From Oceanispirochaeta sp. (GTDB lineage Bacteria > Spirochaetota > Spirochaetia > DSM-2461): a stretch of DNA of 64,000 bases. The stretch's first letter is position 1. The number at the start of each line of letters is the position of its first letter. The stretch lies in NCBI GenBank assembly GCA_963663385.2, contig CAXXXD010000004.1, forward strand, positions 1,024,001 through 1,088,000. The letters run 5' to 3'. The position numbers and the translations under genes are program-made. Positions 1 to 9,167 of this stretch are shown here, one piece after another. The notes below the pieces were generated by a model. That model was not told where the DNA came from and did no database searches. It worked only from the letters and a program-made list of their open reading frames with translations.

Positions 1-310
1 ACAGATTCAGGACTGGAGTAAATATCGGAACCTGGCAAGGAGCCGTCGGTTCGTATATAAAGTTTTTTCTCAGCCTTAATTTCGGGTTAAAGTCTGGGTT
101 TGGATTTTTCTAGTCTTGGGCCTGACTACAGTTATTTCCTGGTCTTTGCCGGAATCCTTCGGAGAATCCCGTTTGCCAATACTTTTACCAAATATTTATA
201 TCTTTCCTGTGTATTGGTTCTTGATGGTATTTTTAGGCGGCGGTCAGGAAGAAATTGGCTGGGGTTCCTGCATTGCACCCGGTAAATATCATGAAGTATT
301 ATGGAAATAA
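1..310 (+). pseudogene. Degraded CPBP/CAAX-protease (Abi-family) intramembrane metalloprotease fragment
   Basis: Frame of ORF 116-310 reads ...WIFLVLGLTTVISW...YWFLMVFLGGGQEEIGW, matching the EExxWR motif 1 of CPBP proteases. It loses the R-G continuation and stops after 15 more codons; upstream frames are broken by stops. Confidence 0.6.
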
Positions 311-394
311 AAATGAAATGGAGATTCCTAATGCCGTTGATCTGATATTATTTCAAGTATAATATCAACGTTGAGTGCAATAGGGAGGAGCAGG

Positions 395-2062
395 ATGAGA
401 ACAGGTTTAATTCTATTAATAACAATGACAGTCTCGCTTTCGGTGTTTCCCAATGGAAGGACGGAAGGCCCTGCCGTTTCCGGAGCCGGCGAGAGCAGAG
501 CGATTCGTATTGATAATAAAACGGAATTGCCGGAAGCAGGATCATCTGAATATCATGGTTCATCTGCATTTAAAGATTATACCGGCCGTGATCCGGATTA
601 CAGTCTTACTTATAGGGATGGCGAGTACCCTCCTGATTGGACCGCCTGGCTGGAAGGGGATTTCCCCCGGTATCAGGACTGGGGACATGATCGTACCTCA
701 GAAACAATCGACTTCTCATTTAACAATAGAGAAAATACTCTGGAAATCGGAGTCCCGGCGGAGCAGAATCCCGGCGGGGCATCCTTCTTTTTTACCGGAG
801 GCAGGTTCCAGACCGGTGAAGAGAGAGAAATCGGCCGTTTTTTTCTCAGATTCAATGTTCTGTTCAACCCTGAGTCTGTCGGAACGTGGCAGTATTACTT
901 CTACGGAATGGCGCCTACCCCCAGTTCCTTTTACCTGGCAGGGGATCAGAAGGGATACTTTGAACTTGGACATCCCGAATTCGGGGTTTTGGCCAGTGCT
1001 GAGGCTCCTTCCTTTGTTCCCGATCAATATAATCTTGTTGAATTGCTGGTTTCAGCGGATAAGGTCTCCCTTAATGTGAATGAAGCGGAAATCTTTGAGT
1101 TCCATTATACATTTTCAGAACTCTTCGGTGAGTCCGTATGGAAGGTGACTGTTCCGGAGGAAAAAGGTCTCGGACTTCATATAGACGAAATATCAATATG
1201 GAGGATAGAGCTTTCAAAGGTTTCTGAGCTTCCCCGGGATAAACGGGATTTTTTCCTCTATGATACGGGAGAAGAAAAGCTCAGTCTTCACCTGACGGCG
1301 GTTCCATCAGGGGAATTCCTTATGGGACACCCCTCAGTGACCGGCAGGCAATCAAAGGTAACCCTCGATTCCTTTATGATCGGTACCTATCCGGTTACAT
1401 ACGGAGAGTGGAATGAAGTCGCCGGATGGGCGGAACAATCCGGGTATACGTTCAGGAACAAGGCACTGCACGGGAAGATCTTCTATACCACGGATCTGGA
1501 TACATTGAAGACCCCTGCAACAGGAATAAGCTGGTATGATGCGGCAGCCTGGTGCAATGCCATGTCGGAATACCAGGGACTGACTCCCCTGTATTACAGC
1601 GATTCGTCCATGCAGAGGGTTTACAGGAACTCCAATCAAATTGATGCAGAGATCTTCTGCAAATGGGAGTCCGATGGCTACCGGCTGCCGACAGAAGCTG
1701 AGTGGGAATATGCGGCACGGTCGGCGGGAACGACTGACGGCAGCTTTTCCAGCGGCTCTCCGGACCCCCGCATTACATCGATTTTCAATGAAAACAGACA
1801 GAATAGTCTTGCCGTGGATACAATGAAGCCCAATCCTCTAGGTTTATTCGATATGAGCGGTAACGCTTATGAGCTATGCTGGGACTGGTTTTCAGACGCA
1901 CTTCCCTCCGGAGTCAATCCCAGAGGACCGGCAACTGGAACAGAGAGAATAACACGCGGCGCATCCTGTTACAGCCCGGCCCGGGAAGACTCATTTCGGG
2001 AGCGTTCCACAGAGCCCTGGGATGAAGGTTTTGAATGCCTTAGAGTTGTCCGGTGCGAATAG
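395..2062 (+). CDS. Exported protein with C-terminal FGE-sulfatase (SUMF1/CLec-fold) domain
   Basis: Signal peptide after GGAGGAG RBS (ATG 395 preferred to TTG 371). C-terminal motifs GEFLMG, SWYDAAAWCN, GYRLPTEAEWEYAAR, PNPLGLFDMSGN. Confidence 0.85.
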   Translation: MRTGLILLITMTVSLSVFPNGRTEGPAVSGAGESRAIRIDNKTELPEAGSSEYHGSSAFKDYTGRDPDYSLTYRDGEYPPDWTAWLEGDFPRYQDWGHDRTSETIDFSFNNRENTLEIGVPAEQNPGGASFFFTGGRFQTGEEREIGRFFLRFNVLFNPESVGTWQYYFYGMAPTPSSFYLAGDQKGYFELGHPEFGVLASAEAPSFVPDQYNLVELLVSADKVSLNVNEAEIFEFHYTFSELFGESVWKVTVPEEKGLGLHIDEISIWRIELSKVSELPRDKRDFFLYDTGEEKLSLHLTAVPSGEFLMGHPSVTGRQSKVTLDSFMIGTYPVTYGEWNEVAGWAEQSGYTFRNKALHGKIFYTTDLDTLKTPATGISWYDAAAWCNAMSEYQGLTPLYYSDSSMQRVYRNSNQIDAEIFCKWESDGYRLPTEAEWEYAARSAGTTDGSFSSGSPDPRITSIFNENRQNSLAVDTMKPNPLGLFDMSGNAYELCWDWFSDALPSGVNPRGPATGTERITRGASCYSPAREDSFRERSTEPWDEGFECLRVVRCE

Positions 2063-2087
2063 AAATATTATTCAGCAAATGACAGCT

Positions 2088-2123
2088 GATTATCAGATCT
2101 TACCCGGTTAAGATCTGATAATC
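2088..2123. terminator. Perfect 15-bp inverted repeat (hairpin/cruciform)
   Basis: GATTATCAGATCTTA-cccggt-TAAGATCTGATAATC, 25 bp after the FGE gene stop. Confidence 0.6.
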
Positions 2124-2165
2124 CAAATAACCGTTACGTACCGGCCTTGGCAAAAGGAGCAAGTT

Positions 2166-2705
2166 TTGCGAATAAAAGTTATTTATTGGTCCAGAACAGG
2201 GAACACAAAAAAGGTTGCACAGGCAATAGAGCGTTCCATTCTGAACAGGGGTGAGGAAGTATCTGTCTCATCATTTGACGATTTAAGCGGGATCAGCTTT
2301 CTGGATTACGATCTGATCTTTCTGGGGTTCCCTTCATATTCATGGCGGCCGCCCGGGGAGGTTGTCGAGTATCTGACAGAAGAACACAGAGCTTATGTCC
2401 GGGCCGGCCATGTGCAGAATTGTTCTCCCAGAATCCCCGGAAAGCACTATTGTACATTTTGTACCTACTCAGGGCCTCACACCGGTATCAATGAAGCTAT
2501 TCCGGCGGCATTGGTTGCAAACCAGTATTTTGACCACCTCGGTTATACGATCCTGGATCCCATTTATGTTGTAGGAGAGTTTCACGGCAATAAAGAATTC
2601 AGTACTCTTGGACGACTTGGAGATATTACCGGTCGTCCGAACGAAAAAGATATTCAGGACGTTTCAAACAGGGTTGAAGAAATTCTCGACACTCTCAGGG
2701 GCTGA
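2166..2705 (+). CDS. Flavodoxin-like protein
   Basis: N-terminal FMN loop YWSRTGNTKKVA and YDLIFLGFPSY; AAGGAG RBS before TTG. Confidence 0.8.
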   Translation: MRIKVIYWSRTGNTKKVAQAIERSILNRGEEVSVSSFDDLSGISFLDYDLIFLGFPSYSWRPPGEVVEYLTEEHRAYVRAGHVQNCSPRIPGKHYCTFCTYSGPHTGINEAIPAALVANQYFDHLGYTILDPIYVVGEFHGNKEFSTLGRLGDITGRPNEKDIQDVSNRVEEILDTLRG

Positions 2706-2721
2706 TATTTCAAGTTGGAAA

Positions 2722-2754
2722 ATGGGTATAATAAAAGTCTTTTTATTAACCCAT
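2722..2754 (+). terminator. Putative terminator hairpin
   Basis: Imperfect AT-rich inverted repeat ATGGGT-ATAATAAAAG...CTTTTTATTA-ACCCAT just after the flavodoxin stop. Confidence 0.45.
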
Positions 2755-2849
2755 ATTACAGAACAAACTGATAAAGCTTCATAAAATACTACCAAAATTG
2801 CAAATTATTTCTATTGTCCGTTATCTTTCTATCAGATACTATCAAATCA

Positions 2850-3023
2850 GTTGAAGTGTGAACGTTGCCTCCCGATTTGGGGGGCAGCGCACTTAATAGG
2901 GAATCCGGTGAAAATCCGGAGCGATCCCGTCACTGTAAACGGGGGTGTGTCCGCTCAAAGCCACTGAGTTCTGCTCGGGAAGGCGGTGGATATTGGCCCG
3001 TAAGTCAGGAGACCTGCTTCAGC
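2850..3023 (+). ncRNA. Cobalamin (B12) riboswitch
   Basis: Contains AATAGGGAATCCGGTGAAAATCCGGAGC...CCCGTCACTGT, GCCACTG...GGGAAGG and the B12 box AAGTCAGGAGACCTGC. P1 is GTTGAAG/CTTCAGC. Lies upstream of cbiK. Confidence 0.95.
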
Positions 3024-3171
3024 GGAACAGCCTGTGCTGTTTCTGTATGGCTCTTCGAGGAAAGAGCGGTATGGGTCGGACTGTCTCTCAGACTTTTCCC
3101 TTCTCCCCGCAAGTATCTTCGATGCCTCTTATTAAAAGATTCGTCAATGGGACGAAAATAAGGAGCTTTCT

Positions 3172-4038
3172 ATGAAAAATCTTTTAACTATTGCCGTAGC
3201 AGTCGTGTTACTGGCCGGTCTTGCCGGTTGTGCAACCTCTTCTGCTAGAGCTGCCAAAACAAGCGGTAAACCCGTTATTCTGGTAACGGCTTTTGGAAGC
3301 AGCTATGAATCCGGCCAGAAGAACCTGGAAGATATGGATACCGCTATTAGAGCAGCTTATCCAGAAAATGAGGTCTACTGGGCTTTCACCGCTTCTTTTA
3401 TTGTAAACAAACTGCGGAAAGAGGGGCAGACAACCCTGTTTGCCAGAGAAACCCCCCTGATGACTCCCGATGAGGCCTATGACCTTTTCAGGGCGGAAGG
3501 AAAAACAGATGTAGCCGTCCAGGTTCTGATGGTTATGGTTGGAGCGGAATTCCGTCAGGTTGTTAATACGCCTACCAACGGCCTTAATGTTAAATACGGA
3601 TATCCCCTTTTCTTCAATCCTGAAGATATCCAGAATACCGCTTCTGCTCTCTCCGGTAATTTCGGCGGTGCCGACACCTTTACCCTTCTTTCCGCTCATG
3701 GTAACGACCATCACCCCGAATTCAATGCGGAGCTGATTCAGCTGGACGATTATCTGCAGGAAAATTACAGCAATGTTCGTGTGGCTACCGTAGAAGGTTC
3801 TCCTCATTTTGATACGGTTAAGGATGAAGTTCTGGCTTCAGGGGTTTCTGAAATCCAGTTCATTCCTCTTATGCTGACATACGGTGACCATATCACCAAT
3901 GATGTAATGGGTGATGAAGAGGATTCCTGGAAAGTTATCCTGGGCAAAGAAGCGGAATGTACCAACGGTATGGCCAGCAATCCAGCTATTCAGGCAATTT
4001 ATCTCAGCCATATCAAACAGACTCTGAGCCAGTTCTGA
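3172..4038 (+). CDS. cbiK: Sirohydrochlorin cobaltochelatase CbiK, lipoprotein form
   Basis: ILVTAFGSS, WAFT, SAHG, TVEGSP, PLMLTYGDHITND motifs; lipobox LAGC; downstream of B12 riboswitch. Confidence 0.88.
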   Translation: MKNLLTIAVAVVLLAGLAGCATSSARAAKTSGKPVILVTAFGSSYESGQKNLEDMDTAIRAAYPENEVYWAFTASFIVNKLRKEGQTTLFARETPLMTPDEAYDLFRAEGKTDVAVQVLMVMVGAEFRQVVNTPTNGLNVKYGYPLFFNPEDIQNTASALSGNFGGADTFTLLSAHGNDHHPEFNAELIQLDDYLQENYSNVRVATVEGSPHFDTVKDEVLASGVSEIQFIPLMLTYGDHITNDVMGDEEDSWKVILGKEAECTNGMASNPAIQAIYLSHIKQTLSQF

Positions 4039-4141
4039 TTAACTCTGTTCCTCTTCCTCAGGAAGAGAATACAGGAGAGGGCGGGAAAAGCAGATTTTTT
4101 CAACTGTTTCTTGAGCCCTCTTGCAGATAACTTTAATTTTT

Positions 4142-4176
4142 AAGGGACTGTCCGGTAATGCAGCAGTCCCTTTTTT
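4142..4176 (+). terminator. Rho-independent terminator-like hairpin between cbiK and the ABC genes
   Basis: AAGGGACTG...CAGTCCC followed by TTTTTT. Confidence 0.6.
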
Positions 4177-4192
4177 ATATTAGGATATACCC

Positions 4193-5263
4193 ATGATCAC
4201 TCAAAAAGACAGATTCACAGTAATAGCTCTCCTGCTGCTTTTTATTCTTTCCGGGCTTTCTGCCGGCGGACAGCAGGATGCTGTTTCAGATGCGGCCCCT
4301 GCTGCATCTGAATCCGGTTCCGCTGCAGGCGGAATTATAATCGACTACAGGAAAAATGAAGTGCCGGTCCCCGCCGAAGTAAACAGGATTGTCAGCCTGA
4401 ATTCAGGACTCTCCGTTCTGGTCGGGGCATTGGGAATGACAGACGCCGTAGTAGGCCGGGACAGTAACTCAACCTTTCCGCATGCTCTGAAGAAGGCTTA
4501 TGTGGTAGCTCAGAATTCTTCCAGCCCCAATGTTGAACTGATTCTGGAAAAAAGGCCCGATCTGGTTCTGGCAGACGCCATGCTTCCGGTCAATGTATAC
4601 GAGAAGCTGAGCTCTCTCGGAATCCCCGTTGCCATCTTTTCTACCAGTGATCCCCGGGAATTTGAAGACACCATTTTGAATGTGGGACAGCTGACCCACA
4701 GAGAGGATAAGGCTGCTGCTCTGCTGGATCGGCTCCAGTCCGATATCCGTCTGGTGGAAGACACCGCAGCCAATGCATTAGCCTCCGGCAGGATTCCGCA
4801 GAATATATTTTTCGAGAACAGAAAACCCTACAGCAGCGTATCTGCCAAAAGCGGGAATCATCTGTCTATCATCGGAGCCGGCGGGGTGAATATAGCCGCG
4901 GATGAACCTGTTGTCTCTCCCAAACTGTCTGCCGAATATGTACTGGAGAAAAATCCTGATGTTATTATCCGGCGTATGAGCGGTGACGGTACTCTGGATG
5001 TGATGAACAATATGCGGGATACCATTATCCGCAGGGCCGGACTGGAAGACGTCAGGGCTGTTCAGGATAACCGGGTCTATATCATCAAGGCAGACCTTTT
5101 TCTTCTGCTGCGTTATCCTGTGGGTATGGCCTATATGGCTTCCTGGTTTTATCCGGACGCTTTTGCAGAACTGAATCCGGAAGAGTTTCATAAGGATTTG
5201 ATTGTCGATCTTTTCGGAACAGAGGAGTGGGAACTGATGAGGGAAGTCTTTGTCTGCCCCTGA
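4193..5263 (+). CDS. Cobalamin/iron-complex ABC transporter substrate-binding protein (BtuF/FecB-like)
   Basis: Signal peptide; RIVSL, PNVELILEKRPDLVL and NPDVII motifs. Confidence 0.88.
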   Translation: MITQKDRFTVIALLLLFILSGLSAGGQQDAVSDAAPAASESGSAAGGIIIDYRKNEVPVPAEVNRIVSLNSGLSVLVGALGMTDAVVGRDSNSTFPHALKKAYVVAQNSSSPNVELILEKRPDLVLADAMLPVNVYEKLSSLGIPVAIFSTSDPREFEDTILNVGQLTHREDKAAALLDRLQSDIRLVEDTAANALASGRIPQNIFFENRKPYSSVSAKSGNHLSIIGAGGVNIAADEPVVSPKLSAEYVLEKNPDVIIRRMSGDGTLDVMNNMRDTIIRRAGLEDVRAVQDNRVYIIKADLFLLLRYPVGMAYMASWFYPDAFAELNPEEFHKDLIVDLFGTEEWELMREVFVCP

Positions 5264-6302
5264 ATCGCTGCTTGAAGCGGATTACAGGAAGAATGTCAGA
5301 GGCAGGCTTCTCTATATTTTCGGTTGTCTTGCCGTTCTGTTGCTGCTGGTTTTTCTCTCTCTGACCCACGGCGCTGCCAGTATTGGAGCGGGGGAAGCTT
5401 TCCGTATGATCTTTGTTCCCGGAAAGGGAGATCCTTTTGTCCGTTCTGTTGTCTGGAAAATCCGTATGCCCCGTATTATGACAGCTATACTGGCCGGAGC
5501 GGGGCTGGGGATGGCCGGAGGAGTCATGCAGGGGATCCTGAGAAACCCCCTGGCCAGTCCTTTTACCCTGGGGATCTCCTCGGCGGCAGGTTTTGGTGCT
5601 TCTGTGGCGATTGTTCTGGGAGTCGGACTGGCCGGGGCGGGGCAGTTTCTGATTGTAAGCAACGCCTTCTTTTTTGCTTTAGGGGCTTTCGGTCTGGTTT
5701 ACCTGCTGGCCAGGAGCCGGGGGCTGATTTCCGAAACCCTGATCCTTTCGGGAATCGCTGTGATGTACCTCTTCTCGTCCCTGACCTCCTTCCTCCAGTA
5801 TATTGCCACGGCAGAGCAGCTCAGTACGGTGGTCTTCTGGATGATGGGAAGCCTTTCCGGAGCAACCTGGATTCCTGTCTGCGTTATGGGCGGAACCTTT
5901 CTTCTGGCATCCCCAGTTCTCTATCGTTCCGCCTGGGATTTGAATGCTCTCTCATCGGGCAGAGAGACGGCCATTTCCCTGGGAATCCATGTTTCCCGTG
6001 TAACTGCGGTCTGTATGGTCCTTTCCGCCCTGTTAACAGCCTCGATTATCAGTTTTACCGGTGTTATCGGCTTTATCGGTCTGGTGGCTCCCCATATTAC
6101 CCGGATGATTACAGGAGGGGACCACCGCTTCCTCCTTCCCGCTGCTTCTCTGGGCGGGGCCGTACTCCTTTTGGGAGCCGACACGCTGAGCCGTATTATC
6201 ATACCTCCATCCGAGATCCCTCTGGGGATCATGACCTCCCTAATAGGTGTACCCTTTTTCATCTACCTTCTGATGACCCGGAAAAAGGAGAGTTTTTCAT
6301 GA
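5250..6302 (+). CDS. Cobalamin/iron-complex ABC permease (BtuC/FecCD-like)
   Basis: IRMPR, QGILRNPLASPFTLGISSAA, GFIGLVAPHI motifs. Confidence 0.92.
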   Translation: MSAPESLLEADYRKNVRGRLLYIFGCLAVLLLLVFLSLTHGAASIGAGEAFRMIFVPGKGDPFVRSVVWKIRMPRIMTAILAGAGLGMAGGVMQGILRNPLASPFTLGISSAAGFGASVAIVLGVGLAGAGQFLIVSNAFFFALGAFGLVYLLARSRGLISETLILSGIAVMYLFSSLTSFLQYIATAEQLSTVVFWMMGSLSGATWIPVCVMGGTFLLASPVLYRSAWDLNALSSGRETAISLGIHVSRVTAVCMVLSALLTASIISFTGVIGFIGLVAPHITRMITGGDHRFLLPAASLGGAVLLLGADTLSRIIIPPSEIPLGIMTSLIGVPFFIYLLMTRKKESFS

Positions 6303-7075
6303 ATCTGGAAATACGCGGATTGAGCTATTCCTATTCTTTAAAGATTCCGGTTCTCAGGGATATTTTCTTTTCGGCCCGGAAGGGTGAGATTACCGCTCTG
6401 GTGGGTCAGAACGGAAGCGGGAAATCAACGCTGCTCAAGTGTATCAACGGCATCCATACCCCCCGGGCAGGGCAGGTTTTCTTCGAGGGAAGGGATCTGC
6501 TCGGCTGTTCCATGAACGAACGGGCCCGAATTGTCAGTTATGTTCCCCAGGCTATCCCCGGTTCACTGAATATGTCTGTATTTGATGTTGTTCTTATGGG
6601 CCGCCGCCCCTACATCCGCTGGAGTGTGGGACGAAAGGACAGGGCGGTTGTTTATGAAACTCTGGAGATGCTGGGCCTGGATGGTTTAACTTTCCGTTCC
6701 TATTCGGAGCTGTCCGGCGGGCAGAAGCAGAAGGTGCTGATTGCCAGGGCCCTGGCCCAGAAGCCCCGGCTCCTTATTATGGATGAACCCACCAGCAGTC
6801 TGGATCTCAGGCATCAGCTGGAGATCCTTGGTCAGATCAGAGGATTCGCCCGGTCTGAGCAGCTTTGCATATTACTGACAGCCCATGATCTGAATCTGGT
6901 GATGAACTTTGCCGACAGGATGGTTATGCTCAAGGACGGACGGATTTCTCATAGGGGAAGGGTTGATGAAATTCTGACTACCGAGGCCGTACGGGATGTT
7001 TTTGAGGTGGAAACAGCTGTAGGGATCCATCAGGGAGCCCGGTTTATAGCTCCTCTGATACTTGACAATTCATGA
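6299..7075 (+). CDS. Cobalamin/iron-complex ABC ATPase (BtuD/FecE-like)
   Basis: Real start is MNLEIR (ATGA overlap with the permease stop). Walker A GQNGSGKS, LSGGQ, MDEPT, HDLN. Confidence 0.92.
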   Translation: MNLEIRGLSYSYSLKIPVLRDIFFSARKGEITALVGQNGSGKSTLLKCINGIHTPRAGQVFFEGRDLLGCSMNERARIVSYVPQAIPGSLNMSVFDVVLMGRRPYIRWSVGRKDRAVVYETLEMLGLDGLTFRSYSELSGGQKQKVLIARALAQKPRLLIMDEPTSSLDLRHQLEILGQIRGFARSEQLCILLTAHDLNLVMNFADRMVMLKDGRISHRGRVDEILTTEAVRDVFEVETAVGIHQGARFIAPLILDNS

Positions 7076-7111
7076 AACGGATATTATAGTTTTTATATAC
7101 AAGTTTGAGTA
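7062..7111 (+). promoter_or_regulatory. Sigma70 promoter plus candidate PadR operator
   Basis: TTGACA (7062)-17bp-TATAGT (7085). TATACAAGTTTGAGTA (7096-7111) covers the predicted start site. Confidence 0.65.
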
Positions 7112-7125
7112 ATAAGGGGAGTTTT

Positions 7126-7662
7126 TTGTCCATTCGTCTGATTTTACTGGGATTTCTTAATGAACGGCCGCTCTATGGTTATGAGATTAAACAGCTGATT
7201 GAGCACCGGATGGGCGATTGGACAGATGTTAAATTCGGATCAATCTACTTCTCACTTGATAAACTGACTAAAGACGGTTTTATCGATAAGAAGGGAGAGA
7301 TTCAGGAAGGTGCCCGCCCCAGGAAGACTGTCTATGAGATAAACGAAGCAGGGAGAAAGGAATTCCTTCGTCTGGTTAGAGAGCAATGGAAGGACAGAAA
7401 GCAGGATTTCTATCACTTTGATCTGGCTGTTTACAATATCTCTTTTATTCCCCGTGAAGAGGTGGAAAAGTTTCTTCAGCACAGGATTGAATGGCATGGC
7501 AGAACTCTGACTTACCTGGATAGACATGAAGGGGATTTCAAAAAGAACCCGTATATCCCGCCTGTCGCCTATGCCATTACCGATCATAGCAGAATGCACC
7601 TTGAGGCGGAAAAAAAGTGGCTGGAAAAACTGCTGGAGAATCTGGATCAGTATTATACATAG
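7126..7662 (+). CDS. PadR-family transcriptional regulator
   Basis: LLGFLNERPLYGYEIK, GSIYFSL, RKTVYEINEAG motifs; TTG 7126 follows an AAGGGGAG RBS. Confidence 0.9.
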   Translation: MSIRLILLGFLNERPLYGYEIKQLIEHRMGDWTDVKFGSIYFSLDKLTKDGFIDKKGEIQEGARPRKTVYEINEAGRKEFLRLVREQWKDRKQDFYHFDLAVYNISFIPREEVEKFLQHRIEWHGRTLTYLDRHEGDFKKNPYIPPVAYAITDHSRMHLEAEKKWLEKLLENLDQYYT

Positions 7663-7689
7663 GTATTTGAGATTTTTTATTTAGGTAGG

Positions 7690-7705
7690 TATACAAGCTT
7701 GAATA
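7690..7705. promoter_or_regulatory. Second candidate PadR operator
   Basis: TATACAAGCTTGAATA, 14/16 identical to the box at 7096-7111. Confidence 0.55.
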
Positions 7706-7730
7706 TTAAATATTTAATATGGAGGACTAT

Positions 7731-8387
7731 ATGGTAAAGGAACGAGTGATTGAGACTAATGAGGGGATTCAGGATGTCCTGACAGTCAGGGATTTTGATC
7801 AGTTTCAGCGGAAAATGAGAGATCGGGGCTGGATTGAAACAGACAGCATTCTTGATTCCGGAATAAACCGGGGACATGTTCTGGAAATCGGTTCCGGTCC
7901 GGGTTATCTGGGGCTGGAATGGCTGAGGAAAACAGAGGAGGCTAACCTGACGGCCCTCGAAATCAGCAGGGAAATGATACAGCAGAGCATCCGCAACAGG
8001 GGGGAGTATGGTCTTGATGCCCGCCTTGAATATGTGGAAGGAAATGCCCTTCGGATGCCCTTTGAGGAAAATTTCTTTGATGGAGCATTCAGTACCGGTT
8101 CTCTTCATGAGTGGGAGGATCCCATTCTGGTTTTCAATGAAATCCATAGGGTCCTCAAACCCGGTGCCCGGTTTTTTGTCGGCGATATGAGACGGGATTC
8201 CCATCCTGTCATTAACTGGATTATGAAGGCTTCCACAAAAGGACGGGCGATGAAGCAGGGGTTTTCCACCTCTCTGGACGCTTCTTATACAAAAGAGGAG
8301 ATAGAGATTATCCTTAATCAGTCCTCTTTTAAGGAGTTTCGGGTGGAGCCGAACCTGTTCGGGATGAATATTTCCGGAAAGAAGTAG
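7731..8387 (+). CDS. Class I SAM-dependent methyltransferase
   Basis: VLEIGSGPG, MPFEENFFD, EIHRVLKPG motifs; GGAGG RBS before ATG 7731. Confidence 0.88.
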   Translation: MVKERVIETNEGIQDVLTVRDFDQFQRKMRDRGWIETDSILDSGINRGHVLEIGSGPGYLGLEWLRKTEEANLTALEISREMIQQSIRNRGEYGLDARLEYVEGNALRMPFEENFFDGAFSTGSLHEWEDPILVFNEIHRVLKPGARFFVGDMRRDSHPVINWIMKASTKGRAMKQGFSTSLDASYTKEEIEIILNQSSFKEFRVEPNLFGMNISGKK

Positions 8388-8409
8388 CCCTGTAAGGCAA
8401 TTAAGGTAA

Positions 8410-8454
8410 TGAACGGAATGCGCTCCTGCCCGGAGAGTCATCCGTTCAGTTTTT
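8410..8454. terminator. Terminator hairpin between convergent genes
   Basis: TGAACGGA...CTCC-TGCCC-GGAG...TCCGTTCA followed by GTTTTT. Confidence 0.6.
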
Positions 8455-9047
8455 CAGGCTGATCCTATGCCAGACATATATGACTCTATTTTTTTAAGTT
8501 TTTCCTGCTGCTTCCCCCTGTTCTGTTCCATTCCGCCAAACTCGAAAAAGCGGACATCCCTTATGCCAACAAAATTGAAAACAGCCTTTTTCATCAGGAT
8601 TTTATGGGCATTACGGAGCATAAGAGCGGGATACCCGGCAGGCCCTTTCATAGTGGATATGCATATAACCCTTTTATCTCCGAATAATCCCGCAGGCATT
8701 ATCCTGCCCGGTTCCTGTTTATAGGCAAAATCCGATGCAAACAGCTGATCGATATAACCCAGGAGCATGGCCGGGGGACGGCCCCACCAGATAGGATAGA
8801 TGAATATCAGCAGGTCCGCCCGGCTCAGCTGGGCTCTGTGTTTTTCAAAGGCCGGATCCCGGTGCATATCCCTTCTTTTTCTGGTTTCATCAAAGCGGAG
8901 CCTCGGGTCGAAATCCTCAGCATATAAATCCAGAACTTCCGTATGGCCGATTTCCGGATTTGCATCCAGTCCTTTCAGGGTTCTGTCTAAAAAGGCACCG
9001 TTCAGGCTGTTCCGCCTGGGATGGGAATAGACGACCAGTGTATTCAT
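8454..9047 (-). CDS. NAD(P)H-dependent oxidoreductase (flavodoxin-2 / MdaB-like)
   Basis: YSHP..SLN, DLYAEDFDP, YPIWWGRPPAMLLGYID motifs. Confidence 0.88.
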   Translation of the reverse strand: MNTLVVYSHPRRNSLNGAFLDRTLKGLDANPEIGHTEVLDLYAEDFDPRLRFDETRKRRDMHRDPAFEKHRAQLSRADLLIFIYPIWWGRPPAMLLGYIDQLFASDFAYKQEPGRIMPAGLFGDKRVICISTMKGPAGYPALMLRNAHKILMKKAVFNFVGIRDVRFFEFGGMEQNRGKQQEKLKKIESYMSGIGSA

Positions 9048-9069
9048 GCTATTTCTCCTGATTTAATTG

Positions 9070-9118
9070 TTATCATATGATAAATATAGGTATCAGGATT
9101 ATGGTTGTCAATAGATAA
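9070..9118. promoter_or_regulatory. Two candidate MarR operator boxes
   Basis: Perfect palindrome TTATCATATGATAA (9070-9083) and variant TTGTCAATAGATAA (9105-9118) between the divergent genes. Confidence 0.55.
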
Positions 9119-9167
9119 TTATTAAAAGATAATTGTATTTGCATAAGTATTCCGTTAGAATAGTTTT

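Noticed and set aside
395..2123. Complete DGR cassette
   Set aside because: No reverse transcriptase, Avd or template repeat in the window; kept only as a low-score remote-target idea.
2865..3175. Short ORFs upstream of cbiK
   Set aside because: They overlap the riboswitch and its expression platform.
5324..6298. N-terminal 325 aa of the 583-aa ORF
   Set aside because: Shadow frame over the permease; the ATPase starts at 6299.
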